Source: Azolla caroliniana (Eukaryota; Plantae; Polypodiophyta). From it: a stretch of DNA of 64,000 nucleotides. The first letter of the stretch is position 1. Each line of letters starts with the position of its first letter. The notes under the pieces were generated by a model that was not told where the DNA came from, did no database searches, and saw nothing but the letters and a program-made list of their open reading frames with translations. Shown one piece after another: positions 11,976 through 24,879 of the stretch. The DNA lies in the NCBI GenBank assembly GCA_043228905.1, contig JBHGNT010000020.1:4712001-4776000 (forward strand), in the 5' to 3' direction. Both the position numbers and the translations under genes were made by a program.

Positions 11976-13356
11976 TGTCGTGAAAATCCGTCACTATGTG
12001 TGGATCGTGAGACGAAACTGCGGGGGTTCTGGACTAGAAGGATTTTTAGAGCAACATGTACAACACAAGCAAGTTTTAAGCATAAGACAAGTGGGAGAGA
12101 GAAATCATTAGTTTATTGCAAAAGAAAATCAATTCTTTATCATTTCAGAATCGTGTTACAATGGGTTGGGTATGGAAATGAGAGATTAATTTTTCAAAGA
12201 AAGGAGCCAACAACCATGCAAGGAGTGGTCCGATATGAATACGAGAGATAATTTTTGACAAGAAAGATCAAGTCAACAAAGCTAGGAGTTTGATATCAAT
12301 ATGTGAGATAATTTGTTTCTCGAATCCGAGAGGGAAGAAGAAGGAAGAAAAAAAAAAAACTAGGAAGGAAAAAATGGGACATATATCGAGCTCCTCCCCA
12401 ATGTTACTTTGCATGCCCACTTTTAGTTGGATGGCCTCTATTTTTAGTTGCATGGCCTTTGCTTTTAGTTGCATGCTTCCATTTTTAGATGCATGCCTTT
12501 TACTTTTAGTTGCATGGCCTTGGCTTTTGGTTACATGTGATTGTCCGTATAATTCGGCTAAATGACACAATAATCCATAAAGTTTAGCCCGTGCGCAATT
12601 TGTATGTGCGTTGCAACCAAACCGTAGTGTACGCATCCACGCATGCGCGCGTCCCGACCGCGTCGTTGTGTATGCATCCACGCGCGCGCTCGTCCAACCT
12701 GCACCGTGTACGCATCCACGCACAAAAGTCTCAACCGCACCGTAGTGTACGCATCCATGCATGCGCGCATCTGCGTGCTCGTCCGCACATACGCGTCTGT
12801 CCAAAACATTCACACGTACGTCCACGCATGCGCGCGTGCGCACACACGCGTGCGCGTGCTCGTCCGCACATACGCGTCCGTCTGAAATGTCCACGCGTAC
12901 GCCCGAAACTTGCACATGCGCGTACATCCGAAGATGTGCATGCGTGCGTACGTCCGAAAACGTCCACGCGCGTACGCTCGAAGCGTTTCATGCATACGCT
13001 CGAAGCGTTTCGTGCATACACGCGTATGCCCGAAGCGTGCACACCACGTAGTGTAGCCCAAGTCACCTTGAACATTCTATGCTCCACACATTGATAGAAT
13101 GAATTTGTTTTGGTTTCCCTTATATATTCTGGCTTCCAATGTTGTCTTATCTATGTGGGATATCCCATAGTTTTGTCTTGTCTTTTCTTTTTCTTCACAC
13201 TTCACACTCACATAGCTTGATACTTGTTTATCCGTTTCATGCGTAGTAAAATATGCTATGAAACTCTTGAAGACATCTATCTATATGAATACATTAAGCT
13301 AATCTTAAATAAATGTTTTACAAGTTTTCATATTGTGTGTGGAAAACCACACGACA
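11976..13356. mobile_element. Solo LTR (1381 bp) of the TGTCGTG...CACGACA gypsy family, inserted in copia B gag
   Basis: 7-bp inverted termini with flanks ACGT (11972-11975) and ACAT (13357-13360). Removing it plus one 4-bp copy restores the gag GRPTCFYCGK segment colinear with copia C. Confidence 0.88.
12600..13060. repeat. Degenerate alternating purine-pyrimidine repeat (CACGCG/TACGCATCCA) inside the solo LTR
   Basis: Repeated GTGTACGCATCCACGC and CGTGCTCGTCCGCACATACGCGT units. Confidence 0.8.
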
Positions 13357-14616
13357 ACATGGGCCTCCCCCTTGACTTTGATCGTGTCCCCGATTTTTCC
13401 CGGTTCTGGGGACTCCGGTTCCTTTGTCTTCCACGTTCCAATTCGGAAAGGAGCGCTTTTGAGTCGGGGATCGGTTCCTTGTCCTTCAGACACGCCTCCT
13501 CATTCAAGATGCTTGTCTTCACCGTTTGCAAAGACATGTTCTCTTCTTGGCAGGAGGTGCTGAGAGTAACCACCAAGTTCTCCCAGCTTTCCGGCAAGGT
13601 ACACATCAACATGATTGCCTGCATCGCATCATCCAAGGGGAACTTGATCGCCGCAAGTTGATTTACATACCCTATAAATGTGTTGACGTGTTCTACCATA
13701 CTCTTGCTGTCCCGATACTTTAGGTTCACAATTTTCCTCATCAGCGAGGTCCTGTTCAGAGCATTCTTCCTCTCATATAGACCCGACAGCTTCTACCACA
13801 TCTTGTGGGCATTCGTGTCGTTCACCACGTGCTGAAGGACATTTACGTCGACACATTGTTGGATGGTGGCCACGACCTTTCTGTATAGAAACTTCCACTC
13901 CGACTCCACAGGTCTTTTACGATGAGAAGGTCTTCCATCTTGATCTTCCAATCGGCATAGTTTTGCGAGTTAAGAACCATCATTCCCGGGAGTCCGCTCC
14001 TGCCTCCTTCCATTTTCTGTGTTTTTTTTTTTTCTGCTCTAATACCAGATTGATAAGATACTTGTCTCTAACTATGCTCGGTCACAACCGAGACGTTGGA
14101 TCAATCATAGAAAACAAGGATGTGGAGAGATGTAACTACACACGAAACAGTAAAGAAGAGCGTGCACTGGGTGTTAACGTGGAAAACCCAGATATGGGAA
14201 AAACCACAACAGCCCTCAGACTGCAAAATATCACTATATCAAGATTACCACAATGGGGCACAGAGGCAACAACCTCTTGCTCCCTCTCTTCGCCACCAAG
14301 CGGTTACAACAGAGGCAACAACCTCTTCCTCTCTCTCTCTCTCTCTCTCTCTATACACAGTTACACTCTGAAATTATCATAACTATTAAGTTTGCCCTAG
14401 GTCATATTTACATATATATCCCTTCTGACCGATGAGAGGTTCTCACCGGGCCTGCAACATCCGGTTCTCACCGGGTCTTCCTTGCCGGGTACTCCACATC
14501 CGGTTCTCATCGGGTCTTCCGTTGCCGGGTACTCCACATCCGGATTCGGCCTCAGCCGAGTTGCTCATCAACACTGTTCTTCTCACTTCCCATCCAAAGG
14601 GACTTGTTTTCTAACA

Positions 14617-14843
14617 GAGGAGGCCAATAAACCATACCGGTTGACAACCCGTATGGCATAAGTAAGGTTTGATCGGGTTGCCACCATTACGTACATGAGA
14701 CTTCCTACGGCCTATGCATAGGGTATTTTGCTCATGAGCTTTGTCTCCTCTTCTGTGGAAGTAGAGTCTGTGTTCGATAGTCGGGAGCGGTGTTGATGTA
14801 GGATTTGAGTTCTCCATAATGAAGCGCCTTAGCACCTTTCAGA
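14617..14843 (-). pseudogene. Short older copia RT fragment
   Basis: KVLRRFIMENSNPTSTPLP and a Y...VGSLMYVM-like motif on the minus strand. Confidence 0.65.
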
Positions 14844-15599
14844 TGTAGTCGGACTGGGAGAATTGGAGAGTCTTTGTCTTTCGATTTTGCTCGATCCTCA
14901 TACCCAGTATATGTCGGGTTCATCCGAGTTCCTTCATTGCAAATTTCTCGTGAAGGATCGGCTTCGTTCTCCCTAATTGTCGATTCCCTAAAGCAGGCTC
15001 AAGCCTCCCTTTTTATAGCACGAGGGGAGACCGTTACACCGTGATCGGTGTCAAAGATTCCCCCTTCTGTTGATTTCTTTCTGTGCATGTGGGGCTTTAA
15101 TGTACTTCATTAAATCCTACTACCTAGTACTGTTGTCCACCGGAATAGTAACCAACAAACAAAAGCGCAAAAATATTAGAATATTGTAAAAGCGTAAGAA
15201 ACACATGTAACGGTTCACGCGGGAAGTGTGAACGGCTAAAAGACCATGTGTATATAAAGGGCAGAAATCCTCTGTAAGAGGTAGCGTGTAATTTTGGTGC
15301 ATAGAGCGTTATTCTAATAGAATACTATCTTCTCTGATTTCTGTGCATATTTGTGGTTTTATCCACTATGTTCTTTGTTCTATGTGGCGGACTGTAATCA
15401 TAAAGGTGTAGGCGTAAGTGCGAATAAGTGCACTTCCTAAAGAGTTCGGTTGTAGCTGTCTCCTTTATACGCTACTAGGACACGGGGAAGTATCGCATTA
15501 CGTATTACAGTACGACGGTACCATTCCTTGCAACGTAGTCACCTTGAGGTCTAGGTCGAAGGACTGACCGTAGACAGTGTTCCTAATCGGTAACACGTT

Positions 15600-15613
15600 T
15601 GGCACGCTTGGTG
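15600..15613 (+). promoter_or_regulatory. G2 primer-binding site, probably tRNA-Arg(TCT)-type
   Basis: TGGCACGCTTGGTG lies 4 nt after the LTR end and is a near-complement of ...CACCAGGCGTGCCA (tRNA identity recalled). Confidence 0.7.
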
Positions 15614-15649
15614 ATCTGTGTCTTCTCGCAAACGAACAATGACCAATGG

Positions 15650-18600
15650 ATGTTTAGTTGTAGACGTCCCAGAGAACCAACACAACAAGACCGACCAATC
15701 ACAAGGTCCATCACACGCCAGGTAGGGGAACGCGCAAGGCAAAAACCTCGTCTTAGTGAACCAGTGATATCTATCGAGACCATAAAGTCGACTTCCCACT
15801 CACCAAATACCCCGGCGAGACGCAGGAAGTTCCGTCACCACACAAGTACTGTGGTCTTCCCTGCCTGCCGTAGCGTCCAGCATGGCCTTCTCCTATCCCC
15901 GCTTCAACGGCGAAAAAGACGCCGCAACCCACATTCACTTGGTCCTGAACGTCTAGAATGCAAATCACATGGCACAGAGACATCCAGAAGAGGTAGCGCA
16001 CCAGTCCAAAATGACAGAGTTTGGATTAACTCTACATCGTAGAGCTACGTTTTGGCATTCGCAGATGGATCTACTAGCAATCACGACCTTCGACCAGCTG
16101 CAGTCAGCCTTTCTACGTTTCTTTCATCGAAGGGTGCCACAACGCGAAATCCTCGGGCAGTTCTATACAATCAAATAGTTGCCGGTTGAGATTGTCACGA
16201 ACTTCAATTTACGCTTCCAAAATCTACGACGGAAATTAGAATGGGGCCTGATTGAGGACGAGGCTCGGGAAACATTTCTGGCAGCCTTACGACGACCTAT
16301 ACGGACGATGCTCAACCACAATAGCGTGAAAGGAGAAACAACCGATATGGTCATAGAGCGGGCGTTACAACTCGAGCTGGACAAAGAAGAGGAACGGTTT
16401 TCCATGTCCTCATTACGACAAGCGTTACCTCAGGATGAGGAACGACATTTTCGTTAGGCAATCTAGTGCACGATTTGCCTCAATTTCGGGCATTTCACAG
16501 GGGAATGCAACATGCAAATCCACTGCCCAATCTGTCACTTGAAAGCACACACGGTCGAGTAGTGTGAATACAATATGTTGAACAAACCTACGCCCACAGT
16601 ACGAAGCGTAGGCACACGACCACCTCGCTGAAATGATCAAAGGCGCTAAGAAGAGCGACCCTGGTATACGGATCAGAATCCACGCGACAACTAGCAATAC
16701 CAGAATCGCCGGAATAACAACGATTCCGAGGAAGAAGAGCCGGAGGACGAAGACTACCGGGGCAACCGCAGATACAATAAAGGAGGACGACATTACGAAA
16801 ACTACCGACCGGCAAACAAACGTGGTGGTTTCAATGGGCCTCGCGAGAAACATCGACAGTATAGGGACCAACGGTGTTACGACGAAAGTTCGGAAGATGA
16901 TCGGCACCAGGAGTCGTGCCGGGACCAACAACAACCACCGCGGAATTTTAGAAGAATAAACCAAGACCAAGAGGAGCAAGTCACACCTAGGGAGAGGAAC
17001 ACGCCACCAGCTACTGAGAAAGGCGAATCGGCCGGGAAAAATGAGATACGTAAGATGGCCCAAGCATTGGTCGAAAAAGCGAACGTGGCCAATACGGAGC
17101 GCATGCGGCAGGAGTCCGCAAACAATGTTGGGCCATTGGAGGAAGACATCATATTCCTGGATCCCATATGGCAAGCACTAGTAGGCTGTGAAATAACACT
17201 TACCATGGAGAAGCTACTTCAACTAGTTCCACGGTTCCGCCAAGTCGTGGAGGATCGCATAACGGGCAGACCTGGGGCAAGCATCTCCGCCAACTTTACG
17301 GACAACAACAATGGACCAATGGTGGTGGATCACCACAATCCAGCTATTAAGTTGGTATTACACGGTCAAGCAATCACGGGATGCGTAATCGACGAAGGCT
17401 CTGGCGTCAATGTAATTAGCGCGAAGACATGCCAACAATTGGGAATTTCAGAATGGGAAGCTTGCCCATTTTGGCTTCACATGGCGGATACCCGCTCAGT
17501 AAGGCGTTTAGGCTTAATCCGAAAGTTAGGCATCATCATCGGCGGACATCGCTTCGACATCTCAGCGGTAGTCCTTGCCCTTGATGCCCCAGGAGCGTAT
17601 CCTATGCTGCTTGGCAGACCTTGGCTTCGTTCAGCGAATATCAAACAAAGCTGGCAACATAAGTGCATCAGTTTTCGACGAGGACGCACCAAGGTTCGCG
17701 TACCCACAGAGGAAATGGCGGCACAACCCAAGGGGATAACACCGTTATATGCAGAAGATGGGGTGGATGATACAGAATTAGAAGCATACCTCGACGAGCA
17801 CCCCCGAATCATTCCGCTATTCGAAATCAACGTAATAGAAACCGCGGCGGATTACACCACGCCTACTGCGCTTCATGAAGAGGCTTATGAACAAACCTAG
17901 AGTCGATATTAGAATTAAGCAGGGCACGGGCGGCATTTGAGAAGGAAATGGAAATTTCACGACGAGTCACTGCCTCAGCCCTAGAAGAAGTTAACGTAGG
18001 TACGACATCAAACCCCCGATTCCTCTCCATCGCAAAAGAGTTACTACTGGATCAGAGAGAGGCGATGATAGCACTGCTCAGGAAGTATAAAGATGTGTTC
18101 GCTTGGTCCCACGAGGACATGAAGGGATTAGATCCGAAGTTCTATCAACATAAGATCAATTTAGCGACCGATGAGAAACTAGTCCAGTAGCGTCGATACC
18201 GCATGAATCCAAATTACGCGGCTCGCGTAAAAGAGGAAATTGACAAACTTCTCAAGGCCGGATTCATTCACCAATCAAGCAAGCTACATGGCTAAGCCTG
18301 ATAGTAGTTGTACCAAAGAAAAATGGAAAAATACGTGTGTGCGTGGACTACCGGAAATTGAATGCTGTAACCATTACGGACGCGTTCCCTTCACCTTTCA
18401 CCGACAACGTACTAGATGCTGTCACAGGGCATGACATGTATAGCTTTCTAGATGGCTTCAGTGGGTACAATCAAGTATGCATGCACCCCGACGACCAAGA
18501 GAAGACGGTGTTTGTCACGGACTGGGGAGTTTATGTTGCGGTCGTCATGATGTTCCCGATAACGTACTGGATGCTGTCGCAAGGCATGACATGTATAGCT

Positions 18601-20968
18601 TCCTAGATGGCTTCAATGGGTACAATCAAGTATGCATGCACCCCAACAACCAAGAGAAGATGGTTTTTGTCACGGACTGGGGAGTTTATGTCGCGGTCGT
18701 CATGATGTTCGGGCTAAAGACGACGTTGGCTACATTTCAGCGGACAATCACGGAGATTTTTGGGGAATATATACCCACCTTCATGCAGGTCTTCTTAGAC
18801 GATTTTGTGGTATATGGGACAGTAGCCGAACATTTTAAGCATCTACAACTTTTCCTAGAGCGTTGCCGAACTTCACGCTTAAGCCTGAATCCCGCCAAAT
18901 GTGCTTTCGACATCACCAGTGGAGCCCTCCTTGGCCACCTAGTCAGTAAGGAGGGGATAACGGTTGATCCAAACAAAATCTCCGCGATTACTCACGCAAA
19001 GATGCCGACAAATGCCAAAGCACTCGGCTGATTTCTGGGACAAATACGATGGCATAGTCGGATGATACGCTATTTGGCGGATTTCGCCACACCATTACAT
19101 GCCGCCGTCCACCGTACTCCTTTCAAATGGACAACAATGAAAGAAAAGGCGTATGATGCGCTAAAAATAATGCTAACTCAGGCACCGATCATACAACCAC
19201 CAGATTGGGCAAAACCATTTCACGTGTTTGTGGATGCCTCAGATATAACAATAGGTAGTGCGCTGATGCAGCTCACAGAGCCAAATTGGTACCGACCAGT
19301 GTACTATGCCAATCAGAAACTATCAACGGCTGAGCGTAACTATTCCACAACAGAACGTGAAGCGTTGGGTATGATATACAGCATCAATAAATTCCGGCAT
19401 TATCTGCTAGGGCGAAAATTCACGTTTCACGTGGATCATATGACATTGCTATATCTGGTGGGGAAATAGGCCCTGATAGGAAAATTGGCTAGATGGATGT
19501 TGTTGCTCCAAGAATTCGACTTTGTAATTCAGCACCGACCGAGTACGCAACACGCGGTGGCAAATTTCTTGAGCAAATTGGATAATGGAGAAATGGCGCA
19601 AGAAGATGACGATGACTTTCCGGATGCGGAAATTCTGCATATAGCAACTTTAGAAGCAAGAACAAAAAAGACTTTTCCGGATCGGTGGTTGATGGAAATG
19701 ACCTACTTTCTGATCACGGGGTTACCGCCACCACAACTAAGGACGAACGAGAAAAAATGGTTGGCTGTCCGGAGTTGTGATTTCTGTTTAGTCGAAGACG
19801 TCCTATATCACAAAGGCAATGACGACATCTGGAGGCGCGGAATACGGCAAGATGAGAAGGTAATGGTTTTACGCGAAGCTCACTGTGGTACGGCGGGAGG
19901 ACATTACGCGGGCGATGTTACGGCCCGGAAAATCTGGCAAGCAGGACTTTGGTGGCCGACTATGCAAAAGGATGCATATGAATATTGCAAACAGTGCGAT
20001 TTATGTCAACAGATGGGCCAGTCCACGGAAGTCGCGAGAATGCCACATCAACCGGTGTTGCCATTGGATCCTTTCTAGAAGTAGTAACTCGATTTTGTGG
20101 GGCCCTTTACACCGGCAGCTGCCCGAACCGGTAATAAGTATATCCTGGTGGCTACGGATTACTGCACCAAGTGGGTAGAAGTGAAAGCACTACACGAAAA
20201 TACCACGGCAGTCACGACGAAATTTCTTTACGAACATATCTGGTGTTGTTTTGGCTGCCCTATTGAGCTCATCAGTGACCAAGGGAGTCACTTTCTGAAT
20301 ATGGTCATCAGCGAACCGACCCAACACTACGCCCTGGTCCACAAAAAGAGTACGCCATATTACCCACAGGCAAATGGCTTGGCCGAATCCACGAACAAAA
20401 CATTACAAACTATCCTCAAAAAGATAGTAATTGAGAATAGAACAGATTGGGATACCAAATTGCACAACGCGTTATGGGCATATCGAACCAACTATAAGAC
20501 CAACATACAATCGATGCCTTTCAGGCTAGCATTTGGGCTGGAGGCCGTCATGCCAGTCGAATTTCAGGTATCCAATTTGCGGATTCAAGTATGAGACCAG
20601 TTGCCAGAAGACAAATCCAAACAAATACGACTACAACAACTGCTAGAACTAGGCGAAACCTAGGTACACAATATGGCCATATTGGAACAAGAACAGCGGC
20701 GGCGCAAAGCATTCATGGACCGACATCAACATGCACATGAAAAGGATTTTACGGTCGGGAAGGCGGTATTAGTTTTTCAAACATGCATGGGGCGAATGCC
20801 AGGAAAATTAAGATTCCGCTGGACAGGCCCGTACTGGATAGTTGGAGCAGAAATCGACACGTTTCAACTTGGCACCTTGGCCGGAGAGGTGCTACACAAA
20901 AGGTGAATGGGTTTCGCTTAAAACCCTACATGGGGCCTACACCACCTAACCCGTTCCCCGCCGGATAG
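15650..20968 (+). pseudogene. G2 gag-pol pseudogene
   Basis: ORF fragments homologous to G1 (VIDEGSGVN, FLDDF, VDASD, PQANGLAE, WTGPY) with many stops and frameshifts. Confidence 0.93.
18401..18710. repeat. 155-bp tandem duplication in the G2 RT
   Basis: CCGAYAACGTACTRGATGCTGTC occurs at 18401 and 18556. Confidence 0.92.
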
Positions 20969-21326
20969 GACAAAGCCGGCGAATCCGAAGAGTAAGTAGA
21001 GGGACCTACTTGTACTATAGTGTAAAAATAATATTGTATGTAACCGTTACAAAGAAAAAAGAAAAAGAAAAAAGAGAGAGAAGATAGCGATGCTATTAAA
21101 AGGACTTGATGCATGCACAAACTTCTAGAGCAAGAACACGTGCCACCACGATGGCTCATAGACCAATGAACCGTAGGCCACAAAAAGAAGAAAATAGAAG
21201 GTTTTCTGCACAGTATAGAAACCGATCTTCTAACTCTCATCACTCCCCTCACTCACCTTCCTCTCCATCATACCACAGAGCTCACGTTCGCCATAGCCAA
21301 CCTACCTCACCCACTACCCACCTACG

Positions 21327-24116
21327 ATGCTGATCACTATTTCTGTCGCCTTGCGTAGATGGCTTGTCGAGAAGCACCTGGATGGATACATCAAAGTCGC
21401 CGAGGCACCCGCTCACCCTGAAGCCCTGGACATTGCCAAGAAACTCAATATAGACACGGTCACCAACTCATCCATCCGGAAGAAGCTTGACTTGTCATCA
21501 CTCGGAGAAAGACATTTCGACATTCCTCCTACGGAAACCTTGTAGAGATATTTCAAGGCATATTCGGCGTCTGCCAAGGCATACAGGACGAAGGAAATCC
21601 CCGATCCCTTTCGCAAAATAGCCAAGTTCTTGTTGGAGGTTGGATGCGTGCATGTAAATGCCTATGGGATGCCAAAGCAGAAGGCAGGCATCATCATTGA
21701 TACCTTCGAAGGGCGCGCGGTCGATTGGGGGGTCATTACGGGACCAGTGTTACAAGAAGGCCTACATGCGTATCAGGGCGGTAAAAAGCTAAGGCCAATC
21801 ATACAACAGTATTTGACGATACTATTCCCACCCCGAGGTCTACCCGCACCACAACCCAACAACCCCACGCCGCCGCCACGTTCGGCGAAACGGAGGTTAG
21901 CGGAGTTGGCCACCACGGAATGGGAGGATGAACCCCAATCGGCCTAGCCCAGCAAGCAGACAACACAGGAAGAACGACCGGAGCAAAGGGAGGAAGCTCT
22001 GCGGGAGCAGGAAGCCGAGCAATGTCAGGGAAGCCCGAGGCCGAAATGGCGGAGGCTGGACAAGAAAGATGGGCGTGGATTAGTTAAAGACACACTTGCG
22101 GCAACAAAGACGATCGCCGTGGTCGACAGTTCCATAGCTACGAAACCCAACACCACTTTCGAAATAATCTGGGAATTACAACCGATCATTACGGTCCAGT
22201 TGTAGCGGGGGAAAGGCGTATTTACGGCAGAAAGCGAGGTCCTGAAGTATTCGGACATTCCAGACACAACCCATGAGTTCGATGCACTATTACAATTCGG
22301 AACTACTTACGAATTCATGGAATTTTTGGCAACGCAACAAATAAAAATCTCACAACGAATGGCCGAGGAGCACGCGGAACAACAAATGATTGAGCGCGTG
22401 CTAACACAAACGGTGGAAAGCGATGATGAGGGGCCGCTAGCCAGAGTAGGCAGACAACGGAATGTCGATATACGCCGAATGGGAATTGAACTACCCCCAT
22501 TAAACGCGGCCCTCGTTGAGGTTCATAGGGAACTGGCTAAGGTCAGTATTGGCACCAAAGATATGGCAATTAAAAACAAAAATGTCTGGAAAACGGTTAA
22601 ACAGACCCAAGCTGAGCTACAAAAGGCCAACGAACGCATCGCGGAATTGGAACGGAACACAACTACGACACAACAAGAATCTCGACCAACAGACAACACC
22701 GCCGAGGCCCAGTCCCTAAGAGAAGAGGTTGAAGCCCAGACCGTCATTGCCTCAAAAGCAAAGAGGGCCGTGCAGCTGGTGGAATCCGAGATTGACCGCC
22801 TCCGCTCCGAACTCCGCCAATCCTTCAACAGAGAAAAGGACACCCGGGCCAAAGGCCGAAAGGCAGTAAAGGCCCTTGAAGAGCAACTGAAAGTGGAGGT
22901 AGCAGAGCACACCCGCACGAAAGAAGAAAACACCAAACTACGGGAGGAAGTGCAAAAATCGGAAACGGCGATCACAGGATTCCGGGCATTATTGGAAAAG
23001 AAGAAAGCGTGGTACGACAAGCAGCTTGTATAGGAACAGGAGGTGAGGCATCAGGTCGAAATCTACCTGAACAATGAAATGGGAAAGCTGGAGGAATTAC
23101 ACTCGAAGGAATCTCAGTTATGGGCAGGAATGAAGAGCAATTATGAGGAAGCGGCGGCGGTCAGTAAGCAAGAAATCGAAAACCTCAAGAAAACCCTGGA
23201 TGAAGCGCGTAACCGCTGCCAAGTAATAACCGACAACGTGTTCATACTTCTTCAAACAAATCAGGAGAGGTTTACGGCGCAATTACAAGCGGTGCTAGAC
23301 AAAGGTTGGATGGCGTGGGCTGCACAAGCGGCGGAGTTGCATACTTACCGGGTGGATTGGGAGAACCAAAGGAAAGATGGCCGAGGTTTCTACAAACTCA
23401 ATGAGGAAAGCATTATGGTAGTATGCGAGGACCTAGCGCAGGATTATCGCACGCTAGCAGACCAGCACTCTGAGGAACTCGCACAGCTACTAGATGATTT
23501 CGGTGAAAGTCAGGAGGATATGTTTCACCAAATCATGCAAGCCGGCAGCACGTGACCAAGCGCGGAACCCATTGCGATACCAGTAAGTGATACTGCTGAA
23601 CAAGAGGAACCTCAGCCCACGTCACTGGAAATAACAACTACGGTAGGCAACACGGAACAACGAGAGAAACTCATCGTGATACCGGAAAGTGAGACCGCCA
23701 AACAGGAGGAACCTCAGTCCCATTCACCGGAGCGGACGACTACGACCGACAACATGGAGGAAGTTATGGACAGGACAAAGCCTCAACCTACCGAGAGCCC
23801 ACAGACGGATGAGCCAGCCGCAGTAGAATGGAATGAGCTAGCAGAGCCCGGACCGCCCACATAGGGAGACGTTGACACCATGGAAAGCCCCACCGCGCAA
23901 GTACAAGACATGGAACCGCGCAACGACGCGCCTACGGACAGGACAATATGCTGTCCCCGAATTAGGACATCGAGGCGGAACCAAACATTCGGTCCATTTT
24001 GGAGGAAGAATAAAGGTGTGGGTCTGATGTGCCATGGCATTGTCCCACAGGCGTGCCAGGTGTTGTCCACCGGAATAGTAACCGATGGACAAAAGCTTAG
24101 AAATATTAGAATATAG
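21327..24116 (+). pseudogene. G2 extra 3' ORF (~850-930 codons): globular N-terminal domain plus long coiled coil
   Basis: ORF pieces at 21327, 21630, 22317, 23043, 23676 and 23880 are all in one frame, separated only by TAG/TGA codons. Homologous to the G1 and G3 eORF remnants. Confidence 0.8.
24017..24058 (+). other. tRNA-3'-end-like motif at the PPT position of G2
   Basis: TGTGGGTCTGA-tgtgccatggcatt-GTCCCACAGGCGTGCCA, then GG, then the LTR TG. Confidence 0.85.
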
Positions 24117-24879
24117 TAAAAGCGTAAGAAACGCATGTAACAGTTCATGCGGGAAGCATGAACGGCTAAAAGACCCTGTGTATATAAAGGGCAGAAATCC
24201 TCTGTAAGAGGTAGCGTGTAATTTTGGTGCATAGAGCGTTATTCTAATAGAATACTATCTTCTTTGATTTCTGTGCATATCTGTGGTTTTATCCACAGTG
24301 TTCTTTGTTCTCTATGGCCGACTGTAATCGTAAAGGTGTAGGCGTAAGTGTGGATACTAAGTGCACTTCCTAAGGAGTTCGGTTGTAGCTGTCTCCCTTA
24401 TACGCTACTAGGATAAGGGGAAGTATCCCATTGACAGGAATACACGCTCCCGATCAACAACGCTCGGCCACAATCGAGCCTAGAATCAAACACAGAAAAC
24501 GAGTAATGTATGCACGACACAGTGAAGAGAAGAGTACACAGGATGTTAACGTGGAAAACCCAAATTAGGGAAAAACCACGGCAGCCCACAGACTGCAAAC
24601 TATCACTATATCACAATGTACAATAGTAAAGCACCGAGGCAATAACCTCGAGCTCGCTATCTTCGCCACAGGCGGCGGTTACAACAGAGGCAATGACCTC
24701 TTCCTCTCTCTCTCTCTCTCTCTGTGTACACAGTTACGCACTCAAATCTTGCACCAACAAGAATGACAACTACTATTGACTAAATTTGCCCTAAGTCATA
24801 TTTATACTAATATGACTTTTCGGCTATTTACAAATATAGCCCCAATGAACTCTCAGAAACATATTTACGAATATGTCCC

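Larger units (their letters stand above)
9922..14616 (-). mobile_element. Ty1/copia element B (5' LTR, PBS, gag-PR-INT-partial RT), 3'-truncated and decayed
   Basis: LTR 14051-14616 and Met-i PBS TGGTATTAGAGC (14036-14047). Contains WVVDSxAS protease, integrase and RT KWVYKLK...QLDVKT. Has a ~600-bp internal deletion at ~10528 relative to copia C. Confidence 0.9.

Noticed and set aside
12268-13094. Several overlapping 80-220 aa ORFs on both strands
   Set aside because: They come from a stop-poor alternating repeat inside a solo LTR and show no protein-like composition.
39-15130. Shared AGT start of the G1 and G2 TSDs as a target preference
   Set aside because: Two sites are too few to support a preference.
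21327-24116. env gene or captured host SMC/myosin gene
   Set aside because: No signal peptide or clear transmembrane helix, and no ATPase motifs. A coiled coil alone is not diagnostic.
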